From sequence record MK373786.1: a stretch of 64,000 nt of DNA; one strand, 5' to 3'. The DNA is from Escherichia phage vB_EcoM_R5505. A program made the position numbers and the translations under genes. The notes beneath the pieces were generated by a model. That model made no database searches. It worked only from the letters and a program-made list of their open reading frames with translations, and was not told the DNA's origin. Shown piece after piece: positions 1 to 12,406 of the stretch; position 1 is the stretch's first letter, and each line of letters opens with the position of its first letter.

Positions 1-770
<770 letters not shown>

Positions 771-798
771 TATTAAAGCATATTAAAGAGGATTAAAA

Positions 799-2778
799 AT
801 GACTTTATTATCTCCGGGCATTGAGCTCAAAGAAACTACGGTTCAAAGCACCGTGGTTAATAACTCTACTGGTACAGCAGCTTTGGCCGGTAAATTCCAG
901 TGGGGTCCTGCTTTTCAGATTAAACAGGTTACAAATGAAGTAGATTTAGTTAATACTTTTGGTCAACCAACCGCTGAAACTGCTGACTATTTTATGTCTG
1001 CGATGAATTTCTTGCAGTACGGAAATGACTTACGAGTGGTTCGTGCTGTTGATAGAGATACCGCTAAAAACTCATCGCCAATTGCTGGTAATATTGAATA
1101 CACAATTTCTACCCCAGGTAGTAACTATGCGGTTGGAGATAAAATCACGGTCAAATATGTTTCAGATGATATTGAAACTGAAGGTAAAATTACTGAAGTA
1201 GACGCAGATGGAAAAATTAAGAAAATTAATATTCCTACTGCAAAAATTATCGCTAAAGCTAAAGAAGTCGGTGAATATCCAGCACTAGGTTCTAACTGGA
1301 CTGCGGAAATTTCTTCGTCTTCCTCTGGTTTAGCTGCAGTAATAACTCTTGGAAAAATTATTACTGATTCTGGTATTTTATTAGCTGAAATTGAAAATGC
1401 TGAAGCTGCAATTACAGCGGTTGACTTTCAAGCAAATCTCGAAAAATACGGAATTCCAGGAGTAGTAGCTCTTTATCCAGGCGAATTAGGCGATAAAATT
1501 GAAATTGAAATCGTATCTAAAGCTGACTACGCAAAAGGAGCTTCTGCATTACTCCCAATTTATCCGGGCGGTGGTACTCGTGCATCTACTGCTAAAGCAG
1601 TGTTTGGATATGGACCACAAACTGATTCACAGTATGCTATTATAGTTCGTCGTAATGATGCTATTGTTCAAAGCGTTGTTCTTTCAACTAAGCGTGGTGA
1701 AAAAGATATTTACGATAGTAACATCTATATCGATGACTTTTTCGCAAAAGGTGGTTCAGAATATATTTTTGCAACTGCGCAAAACTGGCCAGAAGGCTTC
1801 TCTGGAATTTTAACTCTGTCTGGTGGATTATCATCAAATGCTGAAGTAACAGCAGGAGATTTGATGGAAGCTTGGGACTTCTTTGCTGACCGTGAATCCG
1901 TTGATGTTCAACTGTTTATTGCGGGTTCTTGTGCCGGTGAATCTTTAGAAACAGCATCTACTGTCCAAAAACACGTCGTTTCAATTGGGGATGCTCGCCA
2001 AGATTGCTTAGTATTATGCTCTCCTCCGCGTGAAACTGTAGTTGGAATTCCTGTAACTCGTGCTGTTGATAACTTAGTCAATTGGAGAACTGCAGCAGGT
2101 TCATACACTGATAATAATTTTAATATCAGTTCAACCTATGCAGCAATCGACGGCAACTACAAATATCAGTATGACAAATATAATGATGTGAATCGTTGGG
2201 TTCCATTAGCAGCTGATATTGCTGGTTTATGCGCGAGAACCGATAACGTTTCTCAGACTTGGATGTCTCCAGCTGGTTATAATCGTGGCCAAATTTTGAA
2301 CGTTATTAAACTGGCTATTGAAACTCGCCAGGCTCAGCGCGACCGTTTATACCAAGAAGCTATCAACCCGGTAACTGGTACAGGTGGTGATGGTTACGTA
2401 TTGTATGGTGATAAAACAGCTACTTCTGTTCCTTCTCCGTTTGATCGTATTAACGTTCGTCGTCTGTTTAATATGTTGAAAACGAATATCGGACGTAGTT
2501 CAAAATATCGTTTGTTCGAATTAAACAATGCGTTTACTCGTTCATCATTCCGCACAGAAACTGCCCAGTACTTACAGGGAATTAAAGCTCTCGGTGGAAT
2601 TTATGAATATCGTGTAGTTTGCGATACAACAAATAACACTCCGTCAGTAATTGATAGAAATGAGTTTGTTGCAACATTCTACATCCAACCGGCGCGCAGT
2701 ATAAATTATATTACTTTGAATTTCGTCGCAACTGCTACCGGCGCAGATTTCGATGAGTTAACTGGTCTTGCAGGTTAA
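799..2778 (+). CDS. 18: Tail sheath protein
   Basis: 659 aa, same length and N-terminus (MTLLSPGIELKETT...) as T4 gp18; AGGA-type RBS; TATAAATA late promoter at 763-770. Confidence 0.95.
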   Translation: MTLLSPGIELKETTVQSTVVNNSTGTAALAGKFQWGPAFQIKQVTNEVDLVNTFGQPTAETADYFMSAMNFLQYGNDLRVVRAVDRDTAKNSSPIAGNIEYTISTPGSNYAVGDKITVKYVSDDIETEGKITEVDADGKIKKINIPTAKIIAKAKEVGEYPALGSNWTAEISSSSSGLAAVITLGKIITDSGILLAEIENAEAAITAVDFQANLEKYGIPGVVALYPGELGDKIEIEIVSKADYAKGASALLPIYPGGGTRASTAKAVFGYGPQTDSQYAIIVRRNDAIVQSVVLSTKRGEKDIYDSNIYIDDFFAKGGSEYIFATAQNWPEGFSGILTLSGGLSSNAEVTAGDLMEAWDFFADRESVDVQLFIAGSCAGESLETASTVQKHVVSIGDARQDCLVLCSPPRETVVGIPVTRAVDNLVNWRTAAGSYTDNNFNISSTYAAIDGNYKYQYDKYNDVNRWVPLAADIAGLCARTDNVSQTWMSPAGYNRGQILNVIKLAIETRQAQRDRLYQEAINPVTGTGGDGYVLYGDKTATSVPSPFDRINVRRLFNMLKTNIGRSSKYRLFELNNAFTRSSFRTETAQYLQGIKALGGIYEYRVVCDTTNNTPSVIDRNEFVATFYIQPARSINYITLNFVATATGADFDELTGLAG

Positions 2779-2783
2779 TTGAT

Positions 2784-3434
2784 ATGGGGCTTCGGCCCCT
2801 ATTCTCGAGGAATCAAGTGATTATTTCTAAATTTATTAAAGTGAAAATTGTACCATCAAATTTTAAACATTATCAGTCAAAGGGTTATAAATTAACACCT
2901 CTTGGAGCGGTTAAACACGGATTTAGGTATTATGAAATTGATGTTAAAGTTGAAGACATTAAAGGTAGTACCGCGTATGTAAAATGCCGTTGCGATAAAT
3001 GTGGAATTGAATATAACCAACGCATTGGAAGAAACACTGATATTTGTCGTGATTGCCGTCATAAAGATAAAATGCGTAATAATTCATATGGTTCCGCGAA
3101 TAAAGGAAAAACAGTAGAATGTATGCATGGCGCAAATCATCCAAGATGGAACCCAAATAAATCTGAAATGCGTGAATATATTTCATTGGTATATAAAGAA
3201 ACTCGTAAGCATAAGAAAATTTGGTCAAAATGGCCAAATGCTGATAAAATAGGAGTGTGCGGTACAAAAGGTGCTTACCAACTTGATCATAAGATATCTA
3301 TCAAATACGGTTTTGATAATTTAATTCCTGCTAAAATAATTGGCGGTATTAATAATTTAGAAATAATCACTTGGGAATCTAACCGAGAAAAATCCAAAAG
3401 AAATAGTGTAGATCTTTGGGATTTACTAGAATGA
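2784..3434 (+). CDS. HNH-family homing-endonuclease-like protein (free-standing, between genes 18 and 19)
   Basis: 216-aa ORF with Cys-rich CxC..CxxC..CxxC segment followed by an H-N-H-like motif (YQLDHKISIKYGFDN ... NLEIITWESNREKSKRN); first ATG (2784) lies inside the gene-18 terminator hairpin, so GTG at 2817 preceded by GAGG (2807-2810) is a plausible true start. Confidence 0.7.
   Translation: MGLRPLFSRNQVIISKFIKVKIVPSNFKHYQSKGYKLTPLGAVKHGFRYYEIDVKVEDIKGSTAYVKCRCDKCGIEYNQRIGRNTDICRDCRHKDKMRNNSYGSANKGKTVECMHGANHPRWNPNKSEMREYISLVYKETRKHKKIWSKWPNADKIGVCGTKGAYQLDHKISIKYGFDNLIPAKIIGGINNLEIITWESNREKSKRNSVDLWDLLE
2786..2799 (+). terminator. Hairpin GGGGCTTCGGCCCC after gene 18
   Basis: Perfect 5-bp GC stem with UUCG tetraloop just after the gene 18 stop. 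Confidence 0.6.
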
Positions 3435-3441
3435 TTCTAAA

Positions 3442-3459
3442 GGCCTGTTTCGGCAGGCC
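3442..3459 (+). terminator. Hairpin after the HNH gene
   Basis: ggcctg-tttcgg-caggcc, just after the HNH ORF stop. Confidence 0.55.
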
Positions 3460-3460
3460 A

Positions 3461-3468
3461 TATAAATA
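3461..3468 (+). promoter_or_regulatory. Late promoter TATAAATA (gene 19, distal)
   Basis: Exact octamer directly after the HNH-gene terminator hairpin. Confidence 0.65.
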
Positions 3469-3519
3469 CACTATATCCTTAATTCTTTAATTCTATATGC
3501 CCTAGGTTAAACATAGGGA

Positions 3520-3527
3520 TATAAATA
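3520..3527 (+). promoter_or_regulatory. Late promoter TATAAATA (gene 19, proximal)
   Basis: Exact octamer 15 nt upstream of gene 19 ATG. Confidence 0.7.
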
Positions 3528-3541
3528 CTACAGAGGCTAAT

Positions 3542-4033
3542 ATGTTTGTAGATGATGTAACACGCGCGTTTGAATCGGGTGATTTTGCGCGACCTAACTT
3601 ATTCCAAGTAGAAATTTCTTATCTTGGACAAAATTTTACGTTTCAATGTAAAGCCACTGCTTTACCAGCTGGTATTGTAGAAAAAATTCCAGTCGGATTT
3701 ATGAACCGTAAAATTAACGTAGCAGGCGATCGTACATTCGATGACTGGACTGTTACAGTAATGAACGATGAAGCTCATGATGCTCGTCAGAAGTTCGTTG
3801 ATTGGCAAAGCATTGCTGCGGGGCAAGGAAACGAAATTACTGGTGGAAAACCTGCAGAGTATAAAAAGAGCGCTATCGTTCGTCAATATGCTCGTGACGC
3901 TAAAACAGTAACAAAAGAAATTGAAATTAAAGGTCTGTGGCCTACTAACGTGGGTGAACTTCAATTAGATTGGGATTCAAACAATGAAATCCAAACATTT
4001 GAAGTAACTCTTGCTCTCGATTATTGGGAATAA
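3542..4033 (+). CDS. 19: Tail tube protein
   Basis: 163 aa, matches T4 gp19 length and N-terminus (MFVDDVTRAFESGDF...); two TATAAATA late promoters upstream. Confidence 0.94.
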   Translation: MFVDDVTRAFESGDFARPNLFQVEISYLGQNFTFQCKATALPAGIVEKIPVGFMNRKINVAGDRTFDDWTVTVMNDEAHDARQKFVDWQSIAAGQGNEITGGKPAEYKKSAIVRQYARDAKTVTKEIEIKGLWPTNVGELQLDWDSNNEIQTFEVTLALDYWE

Positions 4034-4038
4034 AATGA

Positions 4039-5690
<1,652 letters not shown>

Positions 5691-5691
<1 letters not shown>

Positions 5692-5939
5692 TGGAAGGTT
5701 TAATTGAAGCTATTAAATCAAACGACCTCGTAGCCGCTCGTAAATTATTTGCTGAAGCCATGGCTGCAAGAACGATTGATTTAATTAAAGAAGAAAAAAT
5801 CGCTATCGCTCGTAATTTCTTAATCGAAGGTGAAGAACCTGATGACGAGGATGATGACGAAGACGAGGATGATGAAGATAGCGATGATAAAGACGACAAA
5901 AAAGACGAAGACTCTGACGAAGACGAGGATGATGAATAA
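5691..5939 (+). CDS. 67: Prohead core protein with acidic C-terminal tail
   Basis: 82 aa; ATGA overlap with gene 20 stop; D/E-rich low-complexity C-terminus; position and sequence as T4 gp67. Confidence 0.88.
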
Positions 5940-6364
5940 TGCTTCTGATCCCTGAAACTCATGAATTAGTTCTCGAGAATGTCGAAGCACTTATTCCTGA
6001 AGCACAGGGTCGCTTTGACGAATTGTCTTCTGCTTTAAATAAAGACGATATAAATACAATTGTCGAGAATATGCTTGATGATGAAACTGATTTAGCGGTT
6101 GCATTAGCTTCTATTAATGAAAATATGCCGTTAAATGAATTTATCGTTAAACATGTTTCTGCCCGTGGTGAAATTACTCGCACTAAAGATCGCAAAACCC
6201 GCGAACGTAATGCATTTCAAACTACCGGGTTGTCTAAAGCAAAACGTAGACAAATTGCTCGTAAAGCTACCAAAACGAAGATTGCCAATCCAGCAGGTCA
6301 ATCTCGTGCTCAGCGTAAGCGTAAAAAAGCTCTTAAACGCCGTAAAGCATTAGGATTAAGCTAA
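5939..6364 (+). CDS. 68: Prohead core protein
   Basis: 141 aa as T4 gp68; TAATG overlap with gene 67; basic C-terminus. Confidence 0.88.
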
Positions 6365-7002
6365 TGAATGAACCCCAATTACTAATTGAAACTTGGGGTC
6401 AACCTGGCGAAATTATTGATGGCGTACCAATGCTTGAATCTCATGATGGAAAAGACTTAGGTTTAAAACCTGGTTTATACATCGAAGGAATATTCATGCA
6501 AGCGGAAGTCGTCAATAGAAATAAACGTCTTTATCCAAAACGTATATTAGAAAAAGCGGTAAAAGACTATATTAATGAGCAAGTTTTAACTAAACAAGCT
6601 CTCGGAGAATTAAATCATCCTCCACGCGCTAATGTTGACCCAATGCAAGCCGCTATCATTATAGAAGATATGTGGTGGAAAGGAAATGACGTATACGGAC
6701 GAGCTCGTGTTATTGAAGGTGACCATGGTCCTGGAGATAAATTAGCAGCTAATATTCGTGCCGGATGGATTCCAGGAGTTTCTTCTCGTGGATTAGGTTC
6801 ATTGACTGACACAAATAAAGGTTATCGTATCGTAAACGAAGGATTCAAATTAACTGTAGGTGTTGATGCAGTATGGGGTCCAAGTGCTCCAGATGCATGG
6901 GTAACTCCTAAGGAAATTACCGAATCACAGACGGCGGAAGCCGATACAAGTGCCGATGACGCCTATATGGCTCTCGCAGAGGCCATGAAAAAAGCGTTAT
7001 AA
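6364..7002 (+). CDS. 21: Prohead core scaffold protein and protease
   Basis: 212 aa as T4 gp21; start overlaps gene 68 stop. Confidence 0.92.
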   Translation: MNEPQLLIETWGQPGEIIDGVPMLESHDGKDLGLKPGLYIEGIFMQAEVVNRNKRLYPKRILEKAVKDYINEQVLTKQALGELNHPPRANVDPMQAAIIIEDMWWKGNDVYGRARVIEGDHGPGDKLAANIRAGWIPGVSSRGLGSLTDTNKGYRIVNEGFKLTVGVDAVWGPSAPDAWVTPKEITESQTAEADTSADDAYMALAEAMKKAL

Positions 7003-7005
7003 ATA
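6998..7005 (+). promoter_or_regulatory. Late promoter TATAAATA (gene 22)
   Basis: Exact octamer overlapping the gene 21 stop. Confidence 0.7.
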
Positions 7006-7032
7006 TTATTATCTAAACAACAGGACTACAAA

Positions 7033-7842
7033 ATGCTTAAAGAACAACTGATTGCCGAAGCGCAGAAAATTGATGCTTCCGTTGCTCTTGATAGTATTTT
7101 CGAATCAGTTAATATTTCTCCGGAAGCAAAAGAAACTTTCGGCACTGTATTCGAAGCTACCGTCAAGCAGCACGCCGTTAAATTAGCTGAATCTCATATC
7201 GCTAAAATTGCTGAAAAAGCAGAAGAAGAAGTAGAAAAAAATAAAGAAGAAGCAGAAGAAAAAGCTGAGAAGAAAATCGCTGAGCAAGCTTCTAAATTCC
7301 TTGACCATCTTGCAAAAGAATGGCTCACTGAAAATAAATTAGCAGTAGATAAAGGCATCAAAGCCGAACTGTTTGAATCCATGCTTGGTGGATTGAAAGA
7401 GCTCTTCGTTGAACACAACGTTGTTGTTCCAGAAGAATCAGTTGATGTTGTAGCTGAAATGGAAGAAGAACTGCAAGAACATAAAGAAGAATCAGCTCGT
7501 CTGTTCGAAGAACTCAATAAGCGTGACGCATATATCAATTATGTGCAGCGTGAAGTGGCATTGAGCGAAAGTACTAAAGATCTGACTGAGTCTCAAAAAG
7601 AAAAAGTCTCTGCTCTGGTCGAAGGTATGGATTATTCAGATGCATTCTCAAGTAAATTGAGTGCAATCGTAGAAATGGTGAAGAAATCTAATAAAGATGA
7701 AAGCACTATTACTGAGAGTATAAATACTCCTGATACTGAAGCAGCCGGACTGAATTTCGTCACTGAAGCTGTAGAAGATAAATCTGCACAAGGTGCAGAA
7801 GATATTGTAAGTGTATATGCGAAAGTCGCATCTCGTTTCTAA
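7033..7842 (+). CDS. 22: Prohead core scaffold protein
   Basis: 269 aa as T4 gp22; E/K-rich coiled-coil-like composition; late promoter at 6998-7005. Confidence 0.92.
   Translation: MLKEQLIAEAQKIDASVALDSIFESVNISPEAKETFGTVFEATVKQHAVKLAESHIAKIAEKAEEEVEKNKEEAEEKAEKKIAEQASKFLDHLAKEWLTENKLAVDKGIKAELFESMLGGLKELFVEHNVVVPEESVDVVAEMEEELQEHKEESARLFEELNKRDAYINYVQREVALSESTKDLTESQKEKVSALVEGMDYSDAFSSKLSAIVEMVKKSNKDESTITESINTPDTEAAGLNFVTEAVEDKSAQGAEDIVSVYAKVASRF
7719..7726 (+). promoter_or_regulatory. Late promoter TATAAATA (gene 23), inside the 3' end of gene 22
   Basis: Exact octamer about 135 nt upstream of the major capsid gene. Confidence 0.7.
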
Positions 7843-7860
7843 TTTTAAAGGTTAACACAA

Positions 7861-9426
7861 ATGACTATCAAAACTAAAGCTGAACTTTTGAACAAATGGA
7901 AGCCATTACTGGAAGGTGAAGGTTTACCGGAAATTGCTAATAGCAAACAAGCGATTATCGCTAAAATCTTTGAAAACCAGGAAAAAGATTTCCAGACAGC
8001 TCCAGAATATAAAGACGAAAAAATTGCTCAGGCATTTGGTTCTTTCTTAACAGAAGCTGAAATCGGTGGTGACCACGGTTACAATGCTACCAACATCGCT
8101 GCAGGTCAGACTTCTGGCGCAGTAACTCAGATTGGCCCAGCTGTTATGGGTATGGTACGTCGTGCTATTCCTAACCTGATTGCTTTCGATATTTGTGGTG
8201 TTCAGCCGATGAACAGCCCAACCGGTCAGGTATTCGCACTCCGCGCGGTATATGGTAAAGACCCAATCGCTGCCGATGCTAAAGAAGCATTCCACCCAAT
8301 GTATGGTCCAGATGCAATGTTCTCTGGTCAGGGTGCTGCTAAGAAATTCCCAGCTCTGGCTGCTAGCACACAAACCACAGTAGGTGATATCTATACTCAC
8401 TTCTTCCAGGACACTGGTACTGTGTATCTGCAAGCTTCTGCTCAAGTAACAATCGATGCTGGTGCGACTGATGCTGCTAAATTAGATGCTGAAATTAAGA
8501 AACAAATGGAAGCTGGTGCACTGGTAGAAATCGCTGAAGGTATGGCTACTTCTATCGCTGAACTTCAGGAAGGTTTCAATGGTTCTACCGATAACCCATG
8601 GAATGAAATGGGCTTCCGTATCGATAAGCAAGTTATCGAAGCTAAATCTCGTCAGCTGAAAGCTGCTTACTCTATTGAATTAGCACAAGACCTCCGCGCT
8701 GTTCACGGTATGGATGCTGATGCTGAACTGTCTGGTATTCTGGCTACCGAAATCATGCTGGAAATCAACCGTGAAGTTGTTGATTGGATTAACTACTCCG
8801 CACAGGTTGGTAAATCTGGTATGACCCTGACTCCGGGTTCTAAAGCTGGCGTATTTGACTTCCAGGACCCAATCGATATTCGTGGTGCTCGCTGGGCAGG
8901 TGAATCCTTTAAAGCTCTGTTGTTCCAGATTGACAAAGAAGCAGTTGAAATTGCTCGTCAAACCGGTCGCGGCGAAGGTAACTTCATTATCGCTTCCCGT
9001 AACGTAGTTAACGTTCTGGCTTCAGTTGATACCGGCATTTCTTATGCTGCACAAGGTCTGGCTACCGGCTTTAACACTGATACTACCAAGTCAGTATTTG
9101 CTGGTGTTCTGGGTGGTAAATACCGTGTATATATCGACCAGTATGCTAAACAGGATTATTTCACTGTAGGTTATAAAGGTCCGAACGAAATGGATGCTGG
9201 TATTTACTATGCTCCATATGTAGCTCTGACTCCGCTGCGTGGTTCCGATCCGAAGAACTTCCAACCGGTAATGGGATTCAAAACTCGTTACGGTATCGGT
9301 ATCAACCCATTTGCAGAATCCGCTGCTCAGGCTCCGGCTTCTCGCATCCAGAGCGGTATGCCTTCTATTCTGAATAGCCTTGGTAAAAACGCTTACTTCC
9401 GCCGTGTATATGTTAAAGGTATCTAA
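7861..9426 (+). CDS. 23: Major capsid protein
   Basis: 521 aa; near-identical to remembered T4 gp23 (MTIKTKAELLNKWKPLLEGEGLPEIANSKQAII...); late promoter at 7719-7726 inside the 3' end of gene 22. Confidence 0.97.
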   Translation: MTIKTKAELLNKWKPLLEGEGLPEIANSKQAIIAKIFENQEKDFQTAPEYKDEKIAQAFGSFLTEAEIGGDHGYNATNIAAGQTSGAVTQIGPAVMGMVRRAIPNLIAFDICGVQPMNSPTGQVFALRAVYGKDPIAADAKEAFHPMYGPDAMFSGQGAAKKFPALAASTQTTVGDIYTHFFQDTGTVYLQASAQVTIDAGATDAAKLDAEIKKQMEAGALVEIAEGMATSIAELQEGFNGSTDNPWNEMGFRIDKQVIEAKSRQLKAAYSIELAQDLRAVHGMDADAELSGILATEIMLEINREVVDWINYSAQVGKSGMTLTPGSKAGVFDFQDPIDIRGARWAGESFKALLFQIDKEAVEIARQTGRGEGNFIIASRNVVNVLASVDTGISYAAQGLATGFNTDTTKSVFAGVLGGKYRVYIDQYAKQDYFTVGYKGPNEMDAGIYYAPYVALTPLRGSDPKNFQPVMGFKTRYGIGINPFAESAAQAPASRIQSGMPSILNSLGKNAYFRRVYVKGI

Positions 9427-9441
9427 TCTTTGACGATTTAA

Positions 9442-9457
9442 GGGACCTTCGGGTCCC
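9442..9457 (+). terminator. Hairpin terminator after gene 23
   Basis: gggacc-ttcg-ggtccc followed by a T-rich tract. Confidence 0.7.
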
Positions 9458-9474
9458 TTTAGTTGTTTTTATGG

Positions 9475-9482
9475 TATAAATA
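9475..9482 (+). promoter_or_regulatory. Late promoter TATAAATA (gene 24)
   Basis: Exact octamer between the gene-23 terminator and gene 24. Confidence 0.75.
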
Positions 9483-9509
9483 AATCATATAAACCAAAAG
9501 GAAAGCGCA

Positions 9510-10793
9510 ATGGCTAAAATCAACGAACTTCTGCGCGAATCAACCACAACGAATAGCAACTCAATCGGTCGCCCAAATCTCGTTGCTTTGACTCGCGCTA
9601 CCACTAAATTAATATATTCTGACATTGTAGCAACGCAAAGAACTAATCAACCTGTTGCTGCTTTTTATGGTATCAAATACCTTAACCCAGACAATGAATT
9701 TACATTTAAAACTGGTGCTACTTACGCTGGCGAAGCCGGATATGTAGACCGAGAACAAATCACAGAATTAACAGAAGAGTCTAAATTAACTCTCAATAAA
9801 GGCGATTTATTCAAATATAATAATATCGTTTATAAAGTATTAGAAGATACACCATTTGCTGATATTGAAGAAAGCGACTTAGAGTTAGCTCTTCAGATTG
9901 CAATTGTTCTTTTAAAGGTTCGTCTATTTTCTGACGCAGCGTCAACAAGCAAATTTGAAAGCTCTGATAGTGAAATTGCGGATGCTAGATTCCAGATTAA
10001 TAAATGGCAAACCGCAGTTAAATCTCGTAAACTTAAAACTGGTATCACAGTTGAATTAGCGCAAGATTTAGAAGCAAATGGATTCGATGCTCCTAATTTC
10101 TTGGAAGATTTGCTTGCAACTGAAATGGCAGATGAAATCAATAAAGATATTCTACAGTCTTTGATTACAGTGTCAAAACGCTATAAAGTTACAGGAATTA
10201 CTGATAGTGGATTCATCGATTTGAGTTATGCATCTGCTCCTGAAGCTGGTCGTTCATTATACCGAATGGTATGTGAAATGGTTTCGCATATCCAAAAAGA
10301 ATCAACTTATACAGCAACATTCTGTGTTGCTTCTGCTCGTGCTGCTGCGATTCTTGCTGCATCAGGTTGGTTAAAACATAAACCAGAAGATGATAAATAT
10401 CTTTCACAAAATGCCTATGGGTTTTTAGCTAATGGTTTACCACTTTATTGCGATACTAACAGCCCATTAGATTATGTAATCGTTGGCGTAGTAGAAAATA
10501 TCGGTGAAAAAGAAATTGTTGGATCAATTTTCTATGCTCCGTATACAGAAGGTCTCGACTTAGATGACCCTGAACATGTAGGTGCATTTAAAGTTGTAGT
10601 TGATCCAGAAAGTTTGCAGCCATCTATCGGTTTATTAGTTAGATATGCTTTATCAGCAAATCCTTACACCGTAGCAAAAGATGAAAAAGAAGCAAGAGTA
10701 ATTGATGGTGGAGACATGGATAAAATGGCGGGTCGTTCAGATTTGTCTGTTTTATTAGGTGTTAAATTACCAAAAATTATTATTGATGAATAA
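9510..10793 (+). CDS. 24: Capsid vertex protein
   Basis: 427 aa as T4 gp24; late promoter at 9475-9482; preceded by gene-23 terminator hairpin. Confidence 0.94.
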   Translation: MAKINELLRESTTTNSNSIGRPNLVALTRATTKLIYSDIVATQRTNQPVAAFYGIKYLNPDNEFTFKTGATYAGEAGYVDREQITELTEESKLTLNKGDLFKYNNIVYKVLEDTPFADIEESDLELALQIAIVLLKVRLFSDAASTSKFESSDSEIADARFQINKWQTAVKSRKLKTGITVELAQDLEANGFDAPNFLEDLLATEMADEINKDILQSLITVSKRYKVTGITDSGFIDLSYASAPEAGRSLYRMVCEMVSHIQKESTYTATFCVASARAAAILAASGWLKHKPEDDKYLSQNAYGFLANGLPLYCDTNSPLDYVIVGVVENIGEKEIVGSIFYAPYTEGLDLDDPEHVGAFKVVVDPESLQPSIGLLVRYALSANPYTVAKDEKEARVIDGGDMDKMAGRSDLSVLLGVKLPKIIIDE

Positions 10794-10799
10794 AACAAA

Positions 10800-10815
10800 G
10801 GGACCTTTCGGTCCC
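10800..10815. terminator. Bidirectional hairpin terminator between gene 24 and rnlB
   Basis: gggacc-tttc-ggtccc flanked by an A-run on one side and a T-run on the other. Confidence 0.7.
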
Positions 10816-10822
10816 TTTTTAT

Positions 10823-11827
10823 TTAACTTACCAATTCAATCCAAGCCGGACGAAGTACATCTTGTACCATTTTAACTAATTCCTTCTTAATCAAAGAAGG
10901 ATTATCCGCTTGAGTTAGAGTAATACCTTCACGAGAAGTTTCTTCCAAAATATCTTGAACGGTTAGTCCCATCACCTTTCCAAAATCTTTAGGACCAATT
11001 TCGCCAATTTTAGAAATAACGTTATTTACCCGGTTCAGTGTAACGTAACAAGCTAAAATCCCCACCAATTTGTTATCAGCTTCTGACAGTTCAACTTTAG
11101 CTTTAATAGGCTTATCAGACTTTTTCTTTTCACTAAATTTAGAATTCTTGCATTTGATGGCTACACGATTGCGATTAGGCAGCCAAGAAGGATAACAAGG
11201 TTTCAATACATATCCTTCAGCAGTAAATACTTCGCCTTTGGTTTCAGCTTTCCAAACACATTTGTTAGCGTCAATTAAACCTGCATTATCTACGGTAAAA
11301 TTATAAGACGGAACAACAGAATCCAAATCATTTGGAAGTTTAATAAGATCTTCAAATTTACCACGACCCAAAAGTGGAGCGATTTTAAACCCAAATGAAT
11401 TACAAAACGATTCCATCATGTAATCATCAACATAAGTTACATCACCACTTTCGGTAGTGACAATAATGTCAAATACATAAAAATCTTTATCGCCATAATC
11501 AACATTCTTCTGAATGCCAGGTCCAGCGAATTCGCCAAAAACTTGATAAGTCACAACAGCTGAAGTTTCCATAATTTCTTGTACTGCTTTAATGGAATCA
11601 GCGTAATTCTTTAAAATAATTTCATACCCAAAGAAATCTTCAGCAGGAAGAATAGGACCAGTACGTTTAGCGCAAGTTACTTTATCACGCTCAATAATCA
11701 ATGAGAAATTTGTGCCGTGAATCTTTTCACGAGCTACCCATTCGCCGCCAGTCAATCCCAAGCTATAAAGTTTTTCAATAAATTTAGAGTTGTAATGATT
11801 TTCAAGACTGCTATACTTTTTAAACAT
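10823..11827 (-). CDS. rnlB: RNA ligase 2
   Basis: 334 aa as T4 Rnl2; N-terminal nucleotidyltransferase motif KIHGTNFS with the active-site lysine. Confidence 0.92.
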   Translation of the reverse strand: MFKKYSSLENHYNSKFIEKLYSLGLTGGEWVAREKIHGTNFSLIIERDKVTCAKRTGPILPAEDFFGYEIILKNYADSIKAVQEIMETSAVVTYQVFGEFAGPGIQKNVDYGDKDFYVFDIIVTTESGDVTYVDDYMMESFCNSFGFKIAPLLGRGKFEDLIKLPNDLDSVVPSYNFTVDNAGLIDANKCVWKAETKGEVFTAEGYVLKPCYPSWLPNRNRVAIKCKNSKFSEKKKSDKPIKAKVELSEADNKLVGILACYVTLNRVNNVISKIGEIGPKDFGKVMGLTVQDILEETSREGITLTQADNPSLIKKELVKMVQDVLRPAWIELVS

Positions 11828-11836
11828 AATTAATCC

Positions 11837-12115
11837 TCAAAATGTAATTTCTAACCAATCACCATCACGCTGATCACTATTGACTTTAAAATTAAATCCT
11901 TCTTTTCTCAGCCAATCACCAATTTCTTCAGTAATCAATTTATCGCGAGCAGTACAATAATAACTAAAATATGTTTTACCTTGTTCAGCTGCTTTATTAG
12001 CAAGTTCTGAAAAATCTTTAATAAAACACTCTAGCTTAAACTGTTTACTTTTTAATGCTTTTTCACGTAATTGATTAGCAAAAGATTCATTTTCATAAAG
12101 ATCATACTGTTCCAT
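11837..12115 (-). CDS. Hypothetical protein (position of T4 24.2)
   Basis: 92-aa ORF in conserved position between rnlB and hoc; no recognisable motif. Confidence 0.55.
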   Translation of the reverse strand: MEQYDLYENESFANQLREKALKSKQFKLECFIKDFSELANKAAEQGKTYFSYYCTARDKLITEEIGDWLRKEGFNFKVNSDQRDGDWLEITF

Positions 12116-12317
12116 TTTTCACCTTTTTATTAATATGTCTTTTTCTATAGACAACTTTTTCTCGAGTTTCAAATCTATTCTTAGCAGTCATAGCTCGAGC
12201 CCATAATACAGCCACTTCTTTTGCCTGTAAGTTCAATTCACGAGCAATTTCAATGAATGACTTTCCAGACTCATGAAGCGTAAACACCACAACCTCAGTT
12301 CTCATAATCAATCTCAT
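12102..12317 (-). CDS. Hypothetical protein, possible helix-turn-helix (position of T4 24.3)
   Basis: 71-aa ORF overlapping the next ORF; segment GKSFIEIARELNLQAKEV resembles an HTH. Confidence 0.5.
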   Translation of the reverse strand: MRLIMRTEVVVFTLHESGKSFIEIARELNLQAKEVAVLWARAMTAKNRFETREKVVYRKRHINKKVKNGTV

Positions 12318-12386
12318 GTTATCGAGTTGGTGCCATTATATACATCATTTTCTGATTGTGTTTTGTGTGCTTTCAAAATGAAGAAA

Positions 12387-12400
12387 GGGGCCGAAGCCCC
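12387..12400 (-). terminator. Hairpin ggggccgaagcccc downstream of hoc
   Basis: GC stem with tetraloop in the hoc / 24.3-position intergenic region. Confidence 0.5.
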
Positions 12401-12406
12401 TTATGA

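Noticed and set aside
1908-2108. 66-aa minus-strand ORF inside gene 18
   Set aside because: Entirely antisense to a well-supported 659-aa structural gene; no RBS or promoter context.
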